This document shows positions 25,697-35,171 of a stretch of 52,585 nucleotides of DNA, piece after piece (the first letter of the stretch is position 1; every line of letters starts with the position of its first letter). The notes under the pieces are model-generated. The model searched no databases. It saw only the letters and a list, made by a program, of their open reading frames with translations, and was not told the DNA's origin. The position numbers and the translations under genes are program-made. Origin of the DNA: an uncultured Gammaproteobacteria bacterium (GTDB lineage Bacteria; Patescibacteriota; Microgenomatia; Curtissbacterales; GWA2-41-24); NCBI GenBank assembly GCA_964562855.1, contig CAZLVB010000002.1:1-52585 (forward strand), given 5' to 3'.

Positions 25697-27613
25697 TTAC
25701 TCTATAGACGCTCCCAACACCTTATTTTCGACCCCAAGATACATCATCTTCTCATCGTCCGAAATGACTACATCGCTGGCCCTGGCAAATTCACTCGACT
25801 GATATGCCCTCCGGTAAACCCCGTCTTTACCAATCACCAAAAGCGCCGAATTGCCTTTATCAACTACATAAATATTATCAAGACTGCTACTGGTGTAAAT
25901 TGACTCCAATGTTCCAATTTGTCCGGAAATCCCCGAAATTTCAAAGTTTTGATTTTCGCCTCGCAAAAAGTTTAAAACACGCGACCCTGATGTTACCCAG
26001 ACAGACCCGTCAATCACCAATCTAGAAGCGGCATCAAGATTCGCCTTTTCCCTCAAATAATCAGCTGAACGACTGTAGCCGCCCACAACCGGCACAAATT
26101 TGGCAATTTGATCGCCACTTGGCAAATAAACATTTCCCAAAAAGACAGCAACGTCGCTAGCCTCAAAATCAAAAAGGTCATCGGATTTCTCTGTCGCCAG
26201 ATCGACTTTATAAACTTTGCCGCCCGAAAGAATAAAGGCTTTATTGTCAAAAACAAAACCGCTTTTGGTATCGGCAACCCCGCCGATTGTCGAAAGGCCA
26301 TCCTTGCTATTGCCCACCAAAATTTTGTCACCGGCAAATACCACCAAGTTTTTACTGGAAAACGACAGCGACCTGACCGGACCCTCTGCTTCATATAGGG
26401 TCGTGAAATTTATGTTTTTTGTCTCCTGGACATCCTTAAGCTTATTGGCTATATCCCCCGAAAGTACACGAGCCTTTTCATCATTTTTATAAATGGCCAA
26501 AGCCAGCTTAATCTCCTTGTCGGCCTCGCCTAAAAGCTCTCTGGCTTTTTGTCGATTGAGCTCAAGAATTGCCTGCGCTTCACTGTATTTTGTTTGCGCC
26601 AAATTAAAATGTTCACCAAAATCTGCCAGTTTATCTTTTTGGATTCTTTGTCTTATTGCCAGAGACGCAGAAATTACTAAAATTAAAACAATTACGCCAA
26701 TAACCAAAGCAATGTTTCTTCGAAGTCGAAAAACTGCTCCGAGATCGCCCCGCTTAAGCTTTTTGATTTCAGCCCAAACGGATCTCAAGAAAGAAGCACC
26801 AAACGCGACCAAAATTCCAAAAGGTGACGACCGACTCTGACTGGTCTCTGGCGACAACTGCTGATTCGCAACGACCGCCCCTGTCTCTTTCTCGCTATCT
26901 ATACCCGCTTTTGCTTCCTCAACCACTTCGGCGCCAGATTCGCCCCTTGTCAAAATAGACTCCCCCGTTCTTCCGGCCGCGACCATCTCTTCTTCACTAG
27001 ATTCGGCTTTCATACTCCCGTTCAGAATAAAAACCGCTCCCATCTCGGCCTGGTCCTTATCGCCGGAAAGTTCTGTCGCCAAGCCATCGATTATCTCCTC
27101 AAGATCAATATCACCACCGCGCCTAAAAACTCCCACATCAAATTTCTCCAAAAATTTCTCGGTCGCCATCAACATCAGTTGACCGGCACGAACCGGACCG
27201 GAACCGCTTTCAAATTTAATCTCCGCTTCCTGCGGCGGCTCGAAAACCAAAACTCTGATAGCATCGCCACGACGCCCAATATAGGCCACATTTTTGTAAA
27301 AAAAAGTATGGGTAAAGCTTACTTGCAGATTTTTGGGCGCAAGATAGTCATGTGTCGCCTCACCGCATAACTCAACGGCCTCCAAAATTCCGTCACCCAA
27401 TCCTGCCGATTCCAGTTTATTGGTTGAAAGCTCAAAAATATCGCGAAGAAGAATAGAAAGATCCTCGTCTTTGCCGTCTTTCAAAAGAACACAGCCAACA
27501 TATGTTCCAATACTTCCATCAACTAGCGTAATCCTTTTGCTAAAAACCCCGCAGGCAGAATTTTCGCTGGGGTTCCCGGCTATTTTTTCAATTTTTAAAG
27601 GCAGATCTTCCAT
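25697..27613 (-). CDS. Membrane protein: degenerate PP2C-like N-domain, TM, helical linker, C-terminal beta-propeller
   Basis: SGPVRAGQLMLMATEKF, central TM, repeated strands (IYVVD, MMYLG). Start ATG 27613 or 27628. Confidence 0.65.
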   Translation of the reverse strand: MEDLPLKIEKIAGNPSENSACGVFSKRITLVDGSIGTYVGCVLLKDGKDEDLSILLRDIFELSTNKLESAGLGDGILEAVELCGEATHDYLAPKNLQVSFTHTFFYKNVAYIGRRGDAIRVLVFEPPQEAEIKFESGSGPVRAGQLMLMATEKFLEKFDVGVFRRGGDIDLEEIIDGLATELSGDKDQAEMGAVFILNGSMKAESSEEEMVAAGRTGESILTRGESGAEVVEEAKAGIDSEKETGAVVANQQLSPETSQSRSSPFGILVAFGASFLRSVWAEIKKLKRGDLGAVFRLRRNIALVIGVIVLILVISASLAIRQRIQKDKLADFGEHFNLAQTKYSEAQAILELNRQKARELLGEADKEIKLALAIYKNDEKARVLSGDIANKLKDVQETKNINFTTLYEAEGPVRSLSFSSKNLVVFAGDKILVGNSKDGLSTIGGVADTKSGFVFDNKAFILSGGKVYKVDLATEKSDDLFDFEASDVAVFLGNVYLPSGDQIAKFVPVVGGYSRSADYLREKANLDAASRLVIDGSVWVTSGSRVLNFLRGENQNFEISGISGQIGTLESIYTSSSLDNIYVVDKGNSALLVIGKDGVYRRAYQSSEFARASDVVISDDEKMMYLGVENKVLGASIE

Positions 27614-27614
27614 C

Positions 27615-27854
27615 CTAAAAAAGTCCAATCACCAAAAATAACAGCGAGATTGAAACACCCAAGTTAAGAATGCCTATAAATCTTAAAAACGGCATAATCG
27701 GGGTAGGAAGCTCTCTGGTCACATGCTGTATTTGCTTAATAAGCATGAAGGAGAAAAAACAATAAAAGACTATAAAGAGCAAAAAAAACGGCTTAATCCA
27801 GAAAACTACGTTTACGCTGGAGATAATACCTAATGTGCCCTGTTCCACTGGCAT
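27615..27854 (-). CDS. Small two-TM protein (DUF5657-like)
   Basis: Two TMs around IKQIQHV, in operon with neighbours. Confidence 0.6.
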   Translation of the reverse strand: MPVEQGTLGIISSVNVVFWIKPFFLLFIVFYCFFSFMLIKQIQHVTRELPTPIMPFLRFIGILNLGVSISLLFLVIGLF

Positions 27855-28429
27855 TATGCTATTTCCCCCGGCTTCTCTGCTCTCTCTTTGTTAACTTGAT
27901 CAAGTATCTCCCTGGAAACTTCCGTCGGTTTTTCGACTGCATGGAATTCAAATTCCGGTTTCTGTGCCGCGGTCTGGATATAAACATTCCCAAAGTGAAA
28001 AATCGTCCCGAAAAACCCGATCACCTTAGGATTAACATCCTGAACCTGGCTTAAATGTGCATAAGATGTTTCTTTATGTGATATTCCTTTAAAATCAATG
28101 TCAATTATCCTCTCATTCGTTAGCAAATAAACATTAAAGTACCAAATTACGAATTTATAAAAAGCGTAACCAAAAGTGAATAAGTACCAAAAAAAAGTGA
28201 TTAAAAATAATTGTCGGGAGGCAAGCGTGTCAAAAATATTAAGGTTAAGTATCGAAAGGGCTAAGGGAACAAGAGACGGCATAAAAATTAAGAAAGCAGT
28301 CGTTACTGTCGCAGGAATTAGAGTTATAGGGTGGGCTCTCAAAAGTAAAATTATGCGCTCGCCCTTTTCAAGGGCTTCGAAACTAACCCCGGCCGGATCC
28401 GCCTCATAAACCGCAAAAGGATTATACAT
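27854..28429 (-). CDS. Bacterial PH-domain membrane protein
   Basis: GERIILLLRAH, WYFNVYLLTNERIIDID, FHFGNVYIQTA. Confidence 0.8.
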   Translation of the reverse strand: MYNPFAVYEADPAGVSFEALEKGERIILLLRAHPITLIPATVTTAFLIFMPSLVPLALSILNLNIFDTLASRQLFLITFFWYLFTFGYAFYKFVIWYFNVYLLTNERIIDIDFKGISHKETSYAHLSQVQDVNPKVIGFFGTIFHFGNVYIQTAAQKPEFEFHAVEKPTEVSREILDQVNKERAEKPGEIA

Positions 28430-28437
28430 CCCCTTAA

Positions 28438-29847
28438 TTATATGGGTCTTGTATATATCTTAGCTACCGGATCCTCATAAACTTGCTGCCAGCCGGCAAA
28501 GCACGTAAGTTGAAAATCATGCTTTACTAAAAGTGTTTTTATTGGATATTTTTGCGCAACTTCACAGTCACCGGACTTAATTTTTAAATAATCCGAAAGG
28601 ATATGGCTACCGTCTGCTTTGCGCCAGCCGGCCATCCTGCCATCGATAAACACTTTGGTTTCTGGGCTCCGCCACAAGATAATGCCGCCCCATGAATATT
28701 CGTTTAAAAGACCTTCAGTCAAATTCTCCCGCTCTAGAAAACTTAATGCCTTCACCGGATATTGGTCAAAAGCAAGACGTGCCTCTAGGTTCCAGGACTT
28801 TAGAACATTTTCCAAAAAGGTCAAAGCAATCGTTGCAACCAGGGCAAAGGTAGAAAGGTAAATGGGAATTTTGGCCGCAAAACTTGTCTCAAGATTCAAT
28901 TTAAAATCCAAAAACCGAACACTTATAAAAATAAAGATTGCCCCCCAGTAAAAAACAAAATTAGTTGCCAAAAACGGCAGCGTAAAAAATAGAGCTGTCA
29001 GGATAAACCAGACCGGATCAGCCTTCCTGAAATTTTTAAGAAAAATGTAGACAAATATTAAGCCGGAAAGTGCAAACAGGAGATTAATCGGGAAGTAAAC
29101 AACAACCGGCTGCCATTCGGCGATATTTAAAATATTAGCCGGACTGGTAAAATCTAGAAAAAATCCGGACTTGACGGGGCCAAAAGGGAAAGGCGTAACT
29201 AGGCTGCCTATTGCAGCTGCTGCAATGCCCAACAAACCTAATCGGATAGTCGCCAGCTCTTTTCGCTTCTGTTTTAAATAGACAAAAAATAAGTAAAGTC
29301 CCAAGGTTAAAATCCCCACAATAAAGCCCCGGTGCAGATTTGCCCAAAGGGCAAAAAATAAAAACCAGAAGAAAACATGGCCAATTTTTTTAAAAAATCT
29401 CCTCTCCAAAAGAACCAATAAAACGGCAAACAATACAAAAGAAAGCGAGTGAGGACGCACCGAAAGATTAATGGTTACAATTACTGTTCCTAAAAGTACT
29501 GCCAATACTCGCCACAAATTGAGCTTTTGACCCCAAGCCAAAATCGCAACCCCTAAAGTATTTAAAAGTGCAAAGACAAAAGCTGTAGCCATATGGCCCC
29601 AATTAAAAAAAATGAAAGCGGTCGCAATCTGATAAAGAAAATAAGAATTTCCCCACAAATAGCCCGGCATCGTCCAGGAAAAAATATCCCCACGAATAAT
29701 TCGTCCGGCTTCTAAGAATTCGCGCCCATAGGCCAAGTGCCAACCCAAATCCGGATCGATTTTAAAACGGGCGAGGATGAGAAAACTTAGGAGAAATACT
29801 AGTAATTTCCAATAATTACCAATTTCAAATTTCCAATTTCTAATCAC
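28438..29847 (-). CDS. Polytopic GT-C-like membrane protein
   Basis: DPDLGWHLAYG, RPHSLS, LWANLH.GF, I.EWQP, NEYSWGG..KVFIDGR. The N-terminal ~12 aa derive from the adjacent repeat array. Confidence 0.75.
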   Translation of the reverse strand: MIRNWKFEIGNYWKLLVFLLSFLILARFKIDPDLGWHLAYGREFLEAGRIIRGDIFSWTMPGYLWGNSYFLYQIATAFIFFNWGHMATAFVFALLNTLGVAILAWGQKLNLWRVLAVLLGTVIVTINLSVRPHSLSFVLFAVLLVLLERRFFKKIGHVFFWFLFFALWANLHRGFIVGILTLGLYLFFVYLKQKRKELATIRLGLLGIAAAAIGSLVTPFPFGPVKSGFFLDFTSPANILNIAEWQPVVVYFPINLLFALSGLIFVYIFLKNFRKADPVWFILTALFFTLPFLATNFVFYWGAIFIFISVRFLDFKLNLETSFAAKIPIYLSTFALVATIALTFLENVLKSWNLEARLAFDQYPVKALSFLERENLTEGLLNEYSWGGIILWRSPETKVFIDGRMAGWRKADGSHILSDYLKIKSGDCEVAQKYPIKTLLVKHDFQLTCFAGWQQVYEDPVAKIYTRPI

Positions 29848-30212
29848 TTTCGATCTTTATTACTTTTAGCAGTATTCTTGATAATCGTACTGACTATTGC
29901 AACAATCTCTTTTCCTTCAGCTACAAGATCAAAAGCTTCTTGGCTGAATTTTGACAGGTTAGTATTCTCAATAATTCTTAGCCAAAATACAGTCTCTTTA
30001 CCTTCTTTCCTAACAACAGTAAAACCGTGAATGAAATCCTTTTTGGTCAAAGCGCCATCTGCCTCTTGGTCATTTGCTCCCATTGATGTAACAGAGCGTG
30101 TAACCTGATTAACAAAAATTAAATTCGTTGGGGTTTTTGGAAGCTTGTTAAGAAAATTTATAACTTTGACTATAAAATTAAAAATTCTTTCATGGATATC
30201 ATAATTCTTCAT
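29844..30212 (-). CDS. Four-helix-bundle protein (23S rRNA IVP / bAvd-like family)
   Basis: QVTRSVTSMGANDQEADGALTKKDF....VVRKEGKETVFWL. Flanked by inverted 7-mer arrays. Confidence 0.88.
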   Translation of the reverse strand: MKNYDIHERIFNFIVKVINFLNKLPKTPTNLIFVNQVTRSVTSMGANDQEADGALTKKDFIHGFTVVRKEGKETVFWLRIIENTNLSKFSQEAFDLVAEGKEIVAIVSTIIKNTAKSNKDRK

Positions 30213-30255
30213 TTGAAATTATAAATTTGACATTTGAAATTTGAAATTTCTAACC

Positions 30256-31905
30256 TCACTTCTTCTCAATGTTAAAGAAGGCAAACCCCGACTGGGGGAT
30301 AGAAAGTCTTCCAGGAGCCCTAAGATTGAAGGCTCTTTTAAAATCAGCTCCTGAAATATTTTTGCCGTTTATTGTAACGCTTCCTGTTGTTCCGCTGCCT
30401 TGAGAAACGGAAGCACTGCTTGCCGATGAAATTCCACCGCTTCCCGACACCAAATCCCTAAGTTCACTAATACTATACGGGTTACCACCCCAACAGGAAG
30501 TTGTTACCGGTGTTATTCTGGAGGTATCAATGCCATCCCTACTTAGGGCAATTGCAGCATTAACAATGTCTGCCATTTCTTCGGGCGACAACCAGGCATT
30601 AGATCTACCACATTTGTCAGAATTATTTCGGTAGGTTTCGGTATACCAAGCCTTATAAACCCACGGCGAACCAGCAATTTTTTCAAAAGATTTATCAATA
30701 AAACTTGATCCTCCCTGACCGTCAGTAGTATCCCAGCCCAAGCCGTTAACCCATCCGCCTGTTGTCGAAGAATATTGCCAGTTACTTGGTCCACCTGACA
30801 TGACTAATCCCTCCGTGTCTCTCACCGCCTGTTTCCAGCTCTCTGCATTTTCCTCGCGTTTAAACTCTTGACATCCTTGTCCCGGACAAATGGTTGATTT
30901 ACCGTAAGCGTAGCTTCTTGCAGCTATAGCTTGCGCTTTAAGAATTTCTGTTGGCCAAGAAGAAGGGACTTCATATATATGTTTTAAATAATCTTCAAGC
31001 TGATAGGTTTCGTTATTGAAGGATTGTTTGTAGCTGTTGGTACCATTTACAGTGATGCTATCATTGCCGATTTTATTAATTGAAATTCCTGGATAGTAAT
31101 ATTTTAAGATTTGTTCGTAGTTCCAGCTCTGATTTTTGACATGTCCGAGAGCTCCATATTGGCTCATCCCGTTCCTATGTGTATATGCTCCAAATGAAAA
31201 AACTGCAAAAGAACCGGAAGGTGCCGATTCCCTAAACCCCTTAATTGAGGCATTGTAATCATCAGCCAGCTCGCTATCCCCGATGCTTGCCGTAAATTGT
31301 CCGGATCTGGCACTAATAATCTCCTGCTGTCTGGCAGAAAGCGCCGCTATCTTTCCCGAAAGTTCACTCTGAAACGCTTTGGCCGAGGCAATTTCGCCTT
31401 TTAAAAACTGCGACTGCTTATTTATTTGCCCTTGGGCGGAAGCCAGCCTCTTTTTGACATCTGCAAGCTTGGCGATTTTTTCGGAACTTTGCCTGATTAT
31501 ATCCTTATCTTCTTTGCTGCTTGTCGCCTGAAAAGCAATCAGCTTTAAGGTTTCCGAGGCGTCGCTTGAAGCAAAAATTGTCAAAAGGGGAATGTCCACA
31601 AAACTTCTGATGTAAAAATTACGAACGGTTGCCGCCAGAATTTCTTTTTGATCAACAAGTTCATCTTCGCTTTTCTGGATATCTTTTTGAACCTGGCCTA
31701 ACCTCGCACGAATGGAGGCAAGCTGGGCTTCCAAGGATTTTACTTCCGATTCCAGGGGTGTCGTGGCATTTTTGGAAAGTTCCAGCTGTTTCTGTAAGTC
31801 GTCAATTTGCTTTTGGATATCGCTAATCTCATCCGCGCGGATTAGATTAGTTATCGAAAACAGTAAAACAAAAGAGATTAAAAGAGAAATAAAGACTTTG
31901 AGCAT
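30256..31905 (-). CDS. Secreted coiled-coil + SpoIID/LytB-domain peptidoglycan hydrolase
   Basis: Signal peptide, long coiled coil, HRNGMSQYGA, YEQILKYYY, LEDYL..IYEVPSSWP.EILKAQAIAARSY. Confidence 0.85.
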   Translation of the reverse strand: MLKVFISLLISFVLLFSITNLIRADEISDIQKQIDDLQKQLELSKNATTPLESEVKSLEAQLASIRARLGQVQKDIQKSEDELVDQKEILAATVRNFYIRSFVDIPLLTIFASSDASETLKLIAFQATSSKEDKDIIRQSSEKIAKLADVKKRLASAQGQINKQSQFLKGEIASAKAFQSELSGKIAALSARQQEIISARSGQFTASIGDSELADDYNASIKGFRESAPSGSFAVFSFGAYTHRNGMSQYGALGHVKNQSWNYEQILKYYYPGISINKIGNDSITVNGTNSYKQSFNNETYQLEDYLKHIYEVPSSWPTEILKAQAIAARSYAYGKSTICPGQGCQEFKREENAESWKQAVRDTEGLVMSGGPSNWQYSSTTGGWVNGLGWDTTDGQGGSSFIDKSFEKIAGSPWVYKAWYTETYRNNSDKCGRSNAWLSPEEMADIVNAAIALSRDGIDTSRITPVTTSCWGGNPYSISELRDLVSGSGGISSASSASVSQGSGTTGSVTINGKNISGADFKRAFNLRAPGRLSIPQSGFAFFNIEKK

Positions 31906-32070
31906 TTGGAAATTCTGATACTTTGAATACTTATTATATCAGCGAGCGTTAGCGAGATGATATATCAGAGGAGCGCTTTGAGCATGACCGGAGGGTGCTC
32001 AAAGCGACCTGCTGATATATCTTATGTCGCGGGACACAACTTTCCAAACCTAACCTCAACCCTAACAATC

Positions 32071-32115
32071 CAACAATTTAACCCACTTCGACTCGCGTCG
32101 AGCGAGGCGAGCAAT
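32071..32115. repeat. REP-like palindromic repeat embedded in AACAAT-type arrays
   Basis: 42/45 identical to 46154-46198 (core CTCGCGTCGAGCGAG). Confidence 0.8.
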
Positions 32116-32196
32116 TTAGCAATCCGACAATTAAACATTAAATCGTTTTTATCTTTGACAATTATCTTCAAAAAGTATCATCATGGATTAAGAAGC

Positions 32197-33048
32197 ATGC
32201 TCAAAAAAATACTATTACTTGCCTTTGCGCTACTTTTTTTTACATCAACATTAACACCTAAAACAATTCTTGCCACGCATGAACAAAAATATAAAATCAT
32301 AAATGGAGTATTTGGGAAACAATGTGTAATAGATAGCAGCGGTCCCTATACTTATGACCAATGTCAAAATCTTATTAATCCAGGAACATATTCATTGGTG
32401 GATGACTTCGGGTTTGCTGGTGTTCAAAACTGTATTCCTGATTCAAATGGTCCATATTCCTATAGTGAGTGCCAAAACGCACTTCATGGAGGAAGCTACA
32501 AGATTATTGATCTCGGCTACGGAAACCAATGCATACCGGACAGTAATGGTCCATACTCTTTTAATGAGTGTCAACACGAAATACTTGGGGGAAGTTATAG
32601 CCTTATCGAATCAGGTGCTGCTGGCGTTTATGCTTGTATAGCAGACCCAAATGGACCCTACACTTACGATGAGTGTCAAGAACAACTAGCAAGTACAATA
32701 CCCGACCTAGATTCACCAGAAAACGGGGATGGCGAAGGGACAGGAGGAAAGCCGGGCACAAACCCCTGCCCGGGAGGAAACTGCCAAACAGCAATTGGCA
32801 ACTTTTCTACCAATCCTCAAGATTTTGTTGAACAAGTCCTTAAAATTGCCATAGGCCTTGCCGGAGGTATTGCCTTTATCCTAATGGTTATTGGCGCAAT
32901 ACGGGTTTTAACTTCAACCGGCAATCCCCAGAACGTCAATGCCGGCCGTGATATGATAGTTGCGGCTTTGGCCGGACTTTTGTTTTTGATCTTTTCGGTA
33001 TTGATTTTAAAATTTATCGGAGTAGAAATCATCGGACTTTCTGGATGA
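32197..33048 (+). CDS. VirB2/TrbC-like CPR pilin with four N-terminal Cys-paired repeats
   Basis: C-terminal GIAFILMVIGAIRVLTSTGNPQNVNAGRDMIVAALAGL. Four CxxDxxGPY[ST][YF]x[EQ]CQ repeats. Start ATG 32197. Confidence 0.8.
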   Translation: MLKKILLLAFALLFFTSTLTPKTILATHEQKYKIINGVFGKQCVIDSSGPYTYDQCQNLINPGTYSLVDDFGFAGVQNCIPDSNGPYSYSECQNALHGGSYKIIDLGYGNQCIPDSNGPYSFNECQHEILGGSYSLIESGAAGVYACIADPNGPYTYDECQEQLASTIPDLDSPENGDGEGTGGKPGTNPCPGGNCQTAIGNFSTNPQDFVEQVLKIAIGLAGGIAFILMVIGAIRVLTSTGNPQNVNAGRDMIVAALAGLLFLIFSVLILKFIGVEIIGLSG

Positions 33049-33467
33049 AAAAACCGACAATAATAGCTCTAATAATCGGTATAAAAAGTCTAAGCCTCCC
33101 CTCATCTACTCTAGCAGCAGATATACTTCCACCCCCAGCGGACACCAGTTGCACTGGTTTTCTCAGTTGCATTGGCAACATACGTCCTCCTGGAATTAAA
33201 GTTAAATATTGGAATCAGCAAGGTTTTGTCGGAACATTAATTAGTGACATCCTCCCCATCATCTTAGGACTTGCCGGTTTTATTGCAGTAATCATGATAG
33301 TTATTTCCGGAATCCAGTTTATGACATCAAGCGGCAATCCGGAGGCAGCAGCGGCTGCAAGAGGAAGGCTCATATTTGCACTTATCGGTTTTGCCCTGAT
33401 CGTTTTATCCTATTTAGTCTTGCAATTTGTCAATCAGCAATTTCTTAATACAACTATTACCCCATGA
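33045..33467 (+). CDS. VirB2/TrbC-like CPR pilin
   Basis: ISGIQFMTSSGNPEAAAAARGRLIFALIG. Confidence 0.82.
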   Translation: MKKPTIIALIIGIKSLSLPSSTLAADILPPPADTSCTGFLSCIGNIRPPGIKVKYWNQQGFVGTLISDILPIILGLAGFIAVIMIVISGIQFMTSSGNPEAAAAARGRLIFALIGFALIVLSYLVLQFVNQQFLNTTITP

Positions 33468-33772
33468 ACACCTATCTAGCCCAGATTACCGGCAATATCG
33501 AAGGCAATTTCCCTCCTGCCGGGGTAGTTGGCTCCTTTGGCGTTCTCGCCACCAAAGTAGTCACTATTCTGACCGGCATCTCCGGCTCAATTGCCATAGT
33601 TTTGATAATCATTGCCGGAATCAGGTTTGTAACATCTGGAGGTGATCCCAAGAAATTAGCCGCAGCCCAGGCCACAATTACTTATGCTATTATTGGAATA
33701 GCGGTCACAGTTTTAGCCTTTGTCATTTTAAAAGCATTACAAATTTTTATCGGATCAAACGTTCCTGTATAA
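33464..33772 (+). CDS. VirB2/TrbC-like CPR pilin
   Basis: IAGIRFVTSGGDPKKLAAAQATITYAIIG. Confidence 0.85.
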   Translation: MNTYLAQITGNIEGNFPPAGVVGSFGVLATKVVTILTGISGSIAIVLIIIAGIRFVTSGGDPKKLAAAQATITYAIIGIAVTVLAFVILKALQIFIGSNVPV

Positions 33773-34105
33773 ATGAAATTTTTAGCTCAAATCGGCACAA
33801 TTCAACCCCCTCCTAATACCGTACCTTCGGGTGATCCCGAATCCACCATCGCCGGCTTAATTAGAAACGGCATATCACTGCTATTGATCGCCTCGTTTGT
33901 CATTGCCCTAATCTGGACAATCATTGCCGGCCTGCGCTTTGTCTTTTCCGGCGGTGACGAAAAGGCAATCGGCCAATCGTGGGCTTCAATTTACTGGGGC
34001 CTAATCGGCATGGTAGTAGTTATGGGTTCCTTTGCTATAATAAAATTGGTTGAAACCTTTTTTCAGGTAGATATCCTTACAGGTGGTCTTAAGCTGACAC
34101 CATGA
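33773..34105 (+). CDS. VirB2/TrbC-like CPR pilin
   Basis: IAGLRFVFSGGDEKAIGQSWASIYWGLIG. Confidence 0.82.
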   Translation: MKFLAQIGTIQPPPNTVPSGDPESTIAGLIRNGISLLLIASFVIALIWTIIAGLRFVFSGGDEKAIGQSWASIYWGLIGMVVVMGSFAIIKLVETFFQVDILTGGLKLTP

Positions 34106-34117
34106 TATGAATACGCT

Positions 34118-34190
34118 TAACGCAAAAAGACTAAAGACTAACGCTCTAAAAACTCATTCTTGCGTTAGTCATTAAGCGTTAGTCATTTAG
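34118..34190. repeat. Inverted short-repeat hairpin between pilin genes
   Basis: GACTAA(A/C)G/TAACGC copies followed by two GCGTTAGTCA copies in inverted orientation. Confidence 0.55.
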
Positions 34191-34225
34191 CAACTTATTT
34201 AGAAGGGGGTGAGAGAAAGAATTTA

Positions 34226-34621
34226 ATGTTTAATAAATTTCGAAAATTCATACCGCTAGCTGTCGTTCAGGCATTTTACCTTGCCAGTCCGGCTTTGGTT
34301 CTGGCCGCAAACACCGAACTTGTTCCCAACGATACAATCGGTCAAGTTAACGACATAGTCGCCGTCGTCCGTGGGGTTATCAGATTCATCTTAGTGGTTG
34401 CCTTCGTTGCCGCTTTCATCATGCTTTTGATAGGAGGTATCCGCTGGATCACCGCAGGCGGTGACGAAAAGGGCGTAGCCTCGGCCCGTAACATGATTAC
34501 TGCCGCCCTGATCGGTCTGGTAGTAGTTCTAGTTGCTTACGCAATTATCAGATTGGTCGAGATATTCTTTGGCTTTAATATAATTACCGGCGGAGTCAGT
34601 ATCCCAACGATTAATGATTAG
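34226..34621 (+). CDS. VirB2/TrbC-like CPR pilin (candidate major pilin)
   Basis: IGGIRWITAGGDEKGVASARNMITAALIG. Purine-rich GAAGGGGGTG upstream. Confidence 0.85.
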   Translation: MFNKFRKFIPLAVVQAFYLASPALVLAANTELVPNDTIGQVNDIVAVVRGVIRFILVVAFVAAFIMLLIGGIRWITAGGDEKGVASARNMITAALIGLVVVLVAYAIIRLVEIFFGFNIITGGVSIPTIND

Positions 34622-34964
34622 CAGTGCGTTAAGACTCATTCTTCCGGCAGTTTATCTGTTTTTTTTAGCAACCCCCGTCTATGCTGCACCGGCCGAGCTC
34701 TCCGGCATTGTTGCGATAATCGAAAACATCATTAAGCTTTTGGCGCCTGCCGCCGGCATCGCCTTTTTTGTGATGCTTTTATTCGGCGGTTACCAGTTTT
34801 TAACTTCCGGCGGCGACCCTAAAGCCGTTGGCGCAGCACGCGGAACTTTAACATACGCTGTAATCGGCATAATCTTGGTAGTTTCTGCGTGGCTGATTTT
34901 GCAGCTTGTTCAAAATATCACCGGTGCTTCTGTCACAACAATCGAATTCCCGGAAGCCCCTTAA
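34614..34964 (+). CDS. VirB2/TrbC-like CPR pilin
   Basis: FGGYQFLTSGGDPKAVGAARGTLTYAVIG. Confidence 0.85.
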   Translation: MISSALRLILPAVYLFFLATPVYAAPAELSGIVAIIENIIKLLAPAAGIAFFVMLLFGGYQFLTSGGDPKAVGAARGTLTYAVIGIILVVSAWLILQLVQNITGASVTTIEFPEAP

Positions 34965-35099
34965 CCCAACTGTCACCCCGTGTCCAGTAGCCGTTCCGGC
35001 CCCAGTACCTTGCGCTACTCCATAATCCTCACAGATCACGATACGGGATCGTGATCGTACCGCTCTTGCGTCAAAACTTGCTATACTAAAACTAGCCCT

Positions 35100-35171
35100 C
35101 CTTCGTCCTGAGCGAAGTCGAAGGACTTCGGAAGGGCAAAGCCTGCACTCGTCCTGAGTGCTATCGAAGGA
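35100..35171. repeat. REP-like repeats (two TCGTCCTGAG..TCGAAGGA copies)
   Basis: Two similar copies just upstream of ATG 35171. Related sequences at 39608-39693. Confidence 0.65.

Noticed and set aside
31957-32196. N-terminal 80-aa extension of the first pilin ORF
   Set aside because: It is translated hairpin/repeat sequence. The signal peptide begins at ATG 32197
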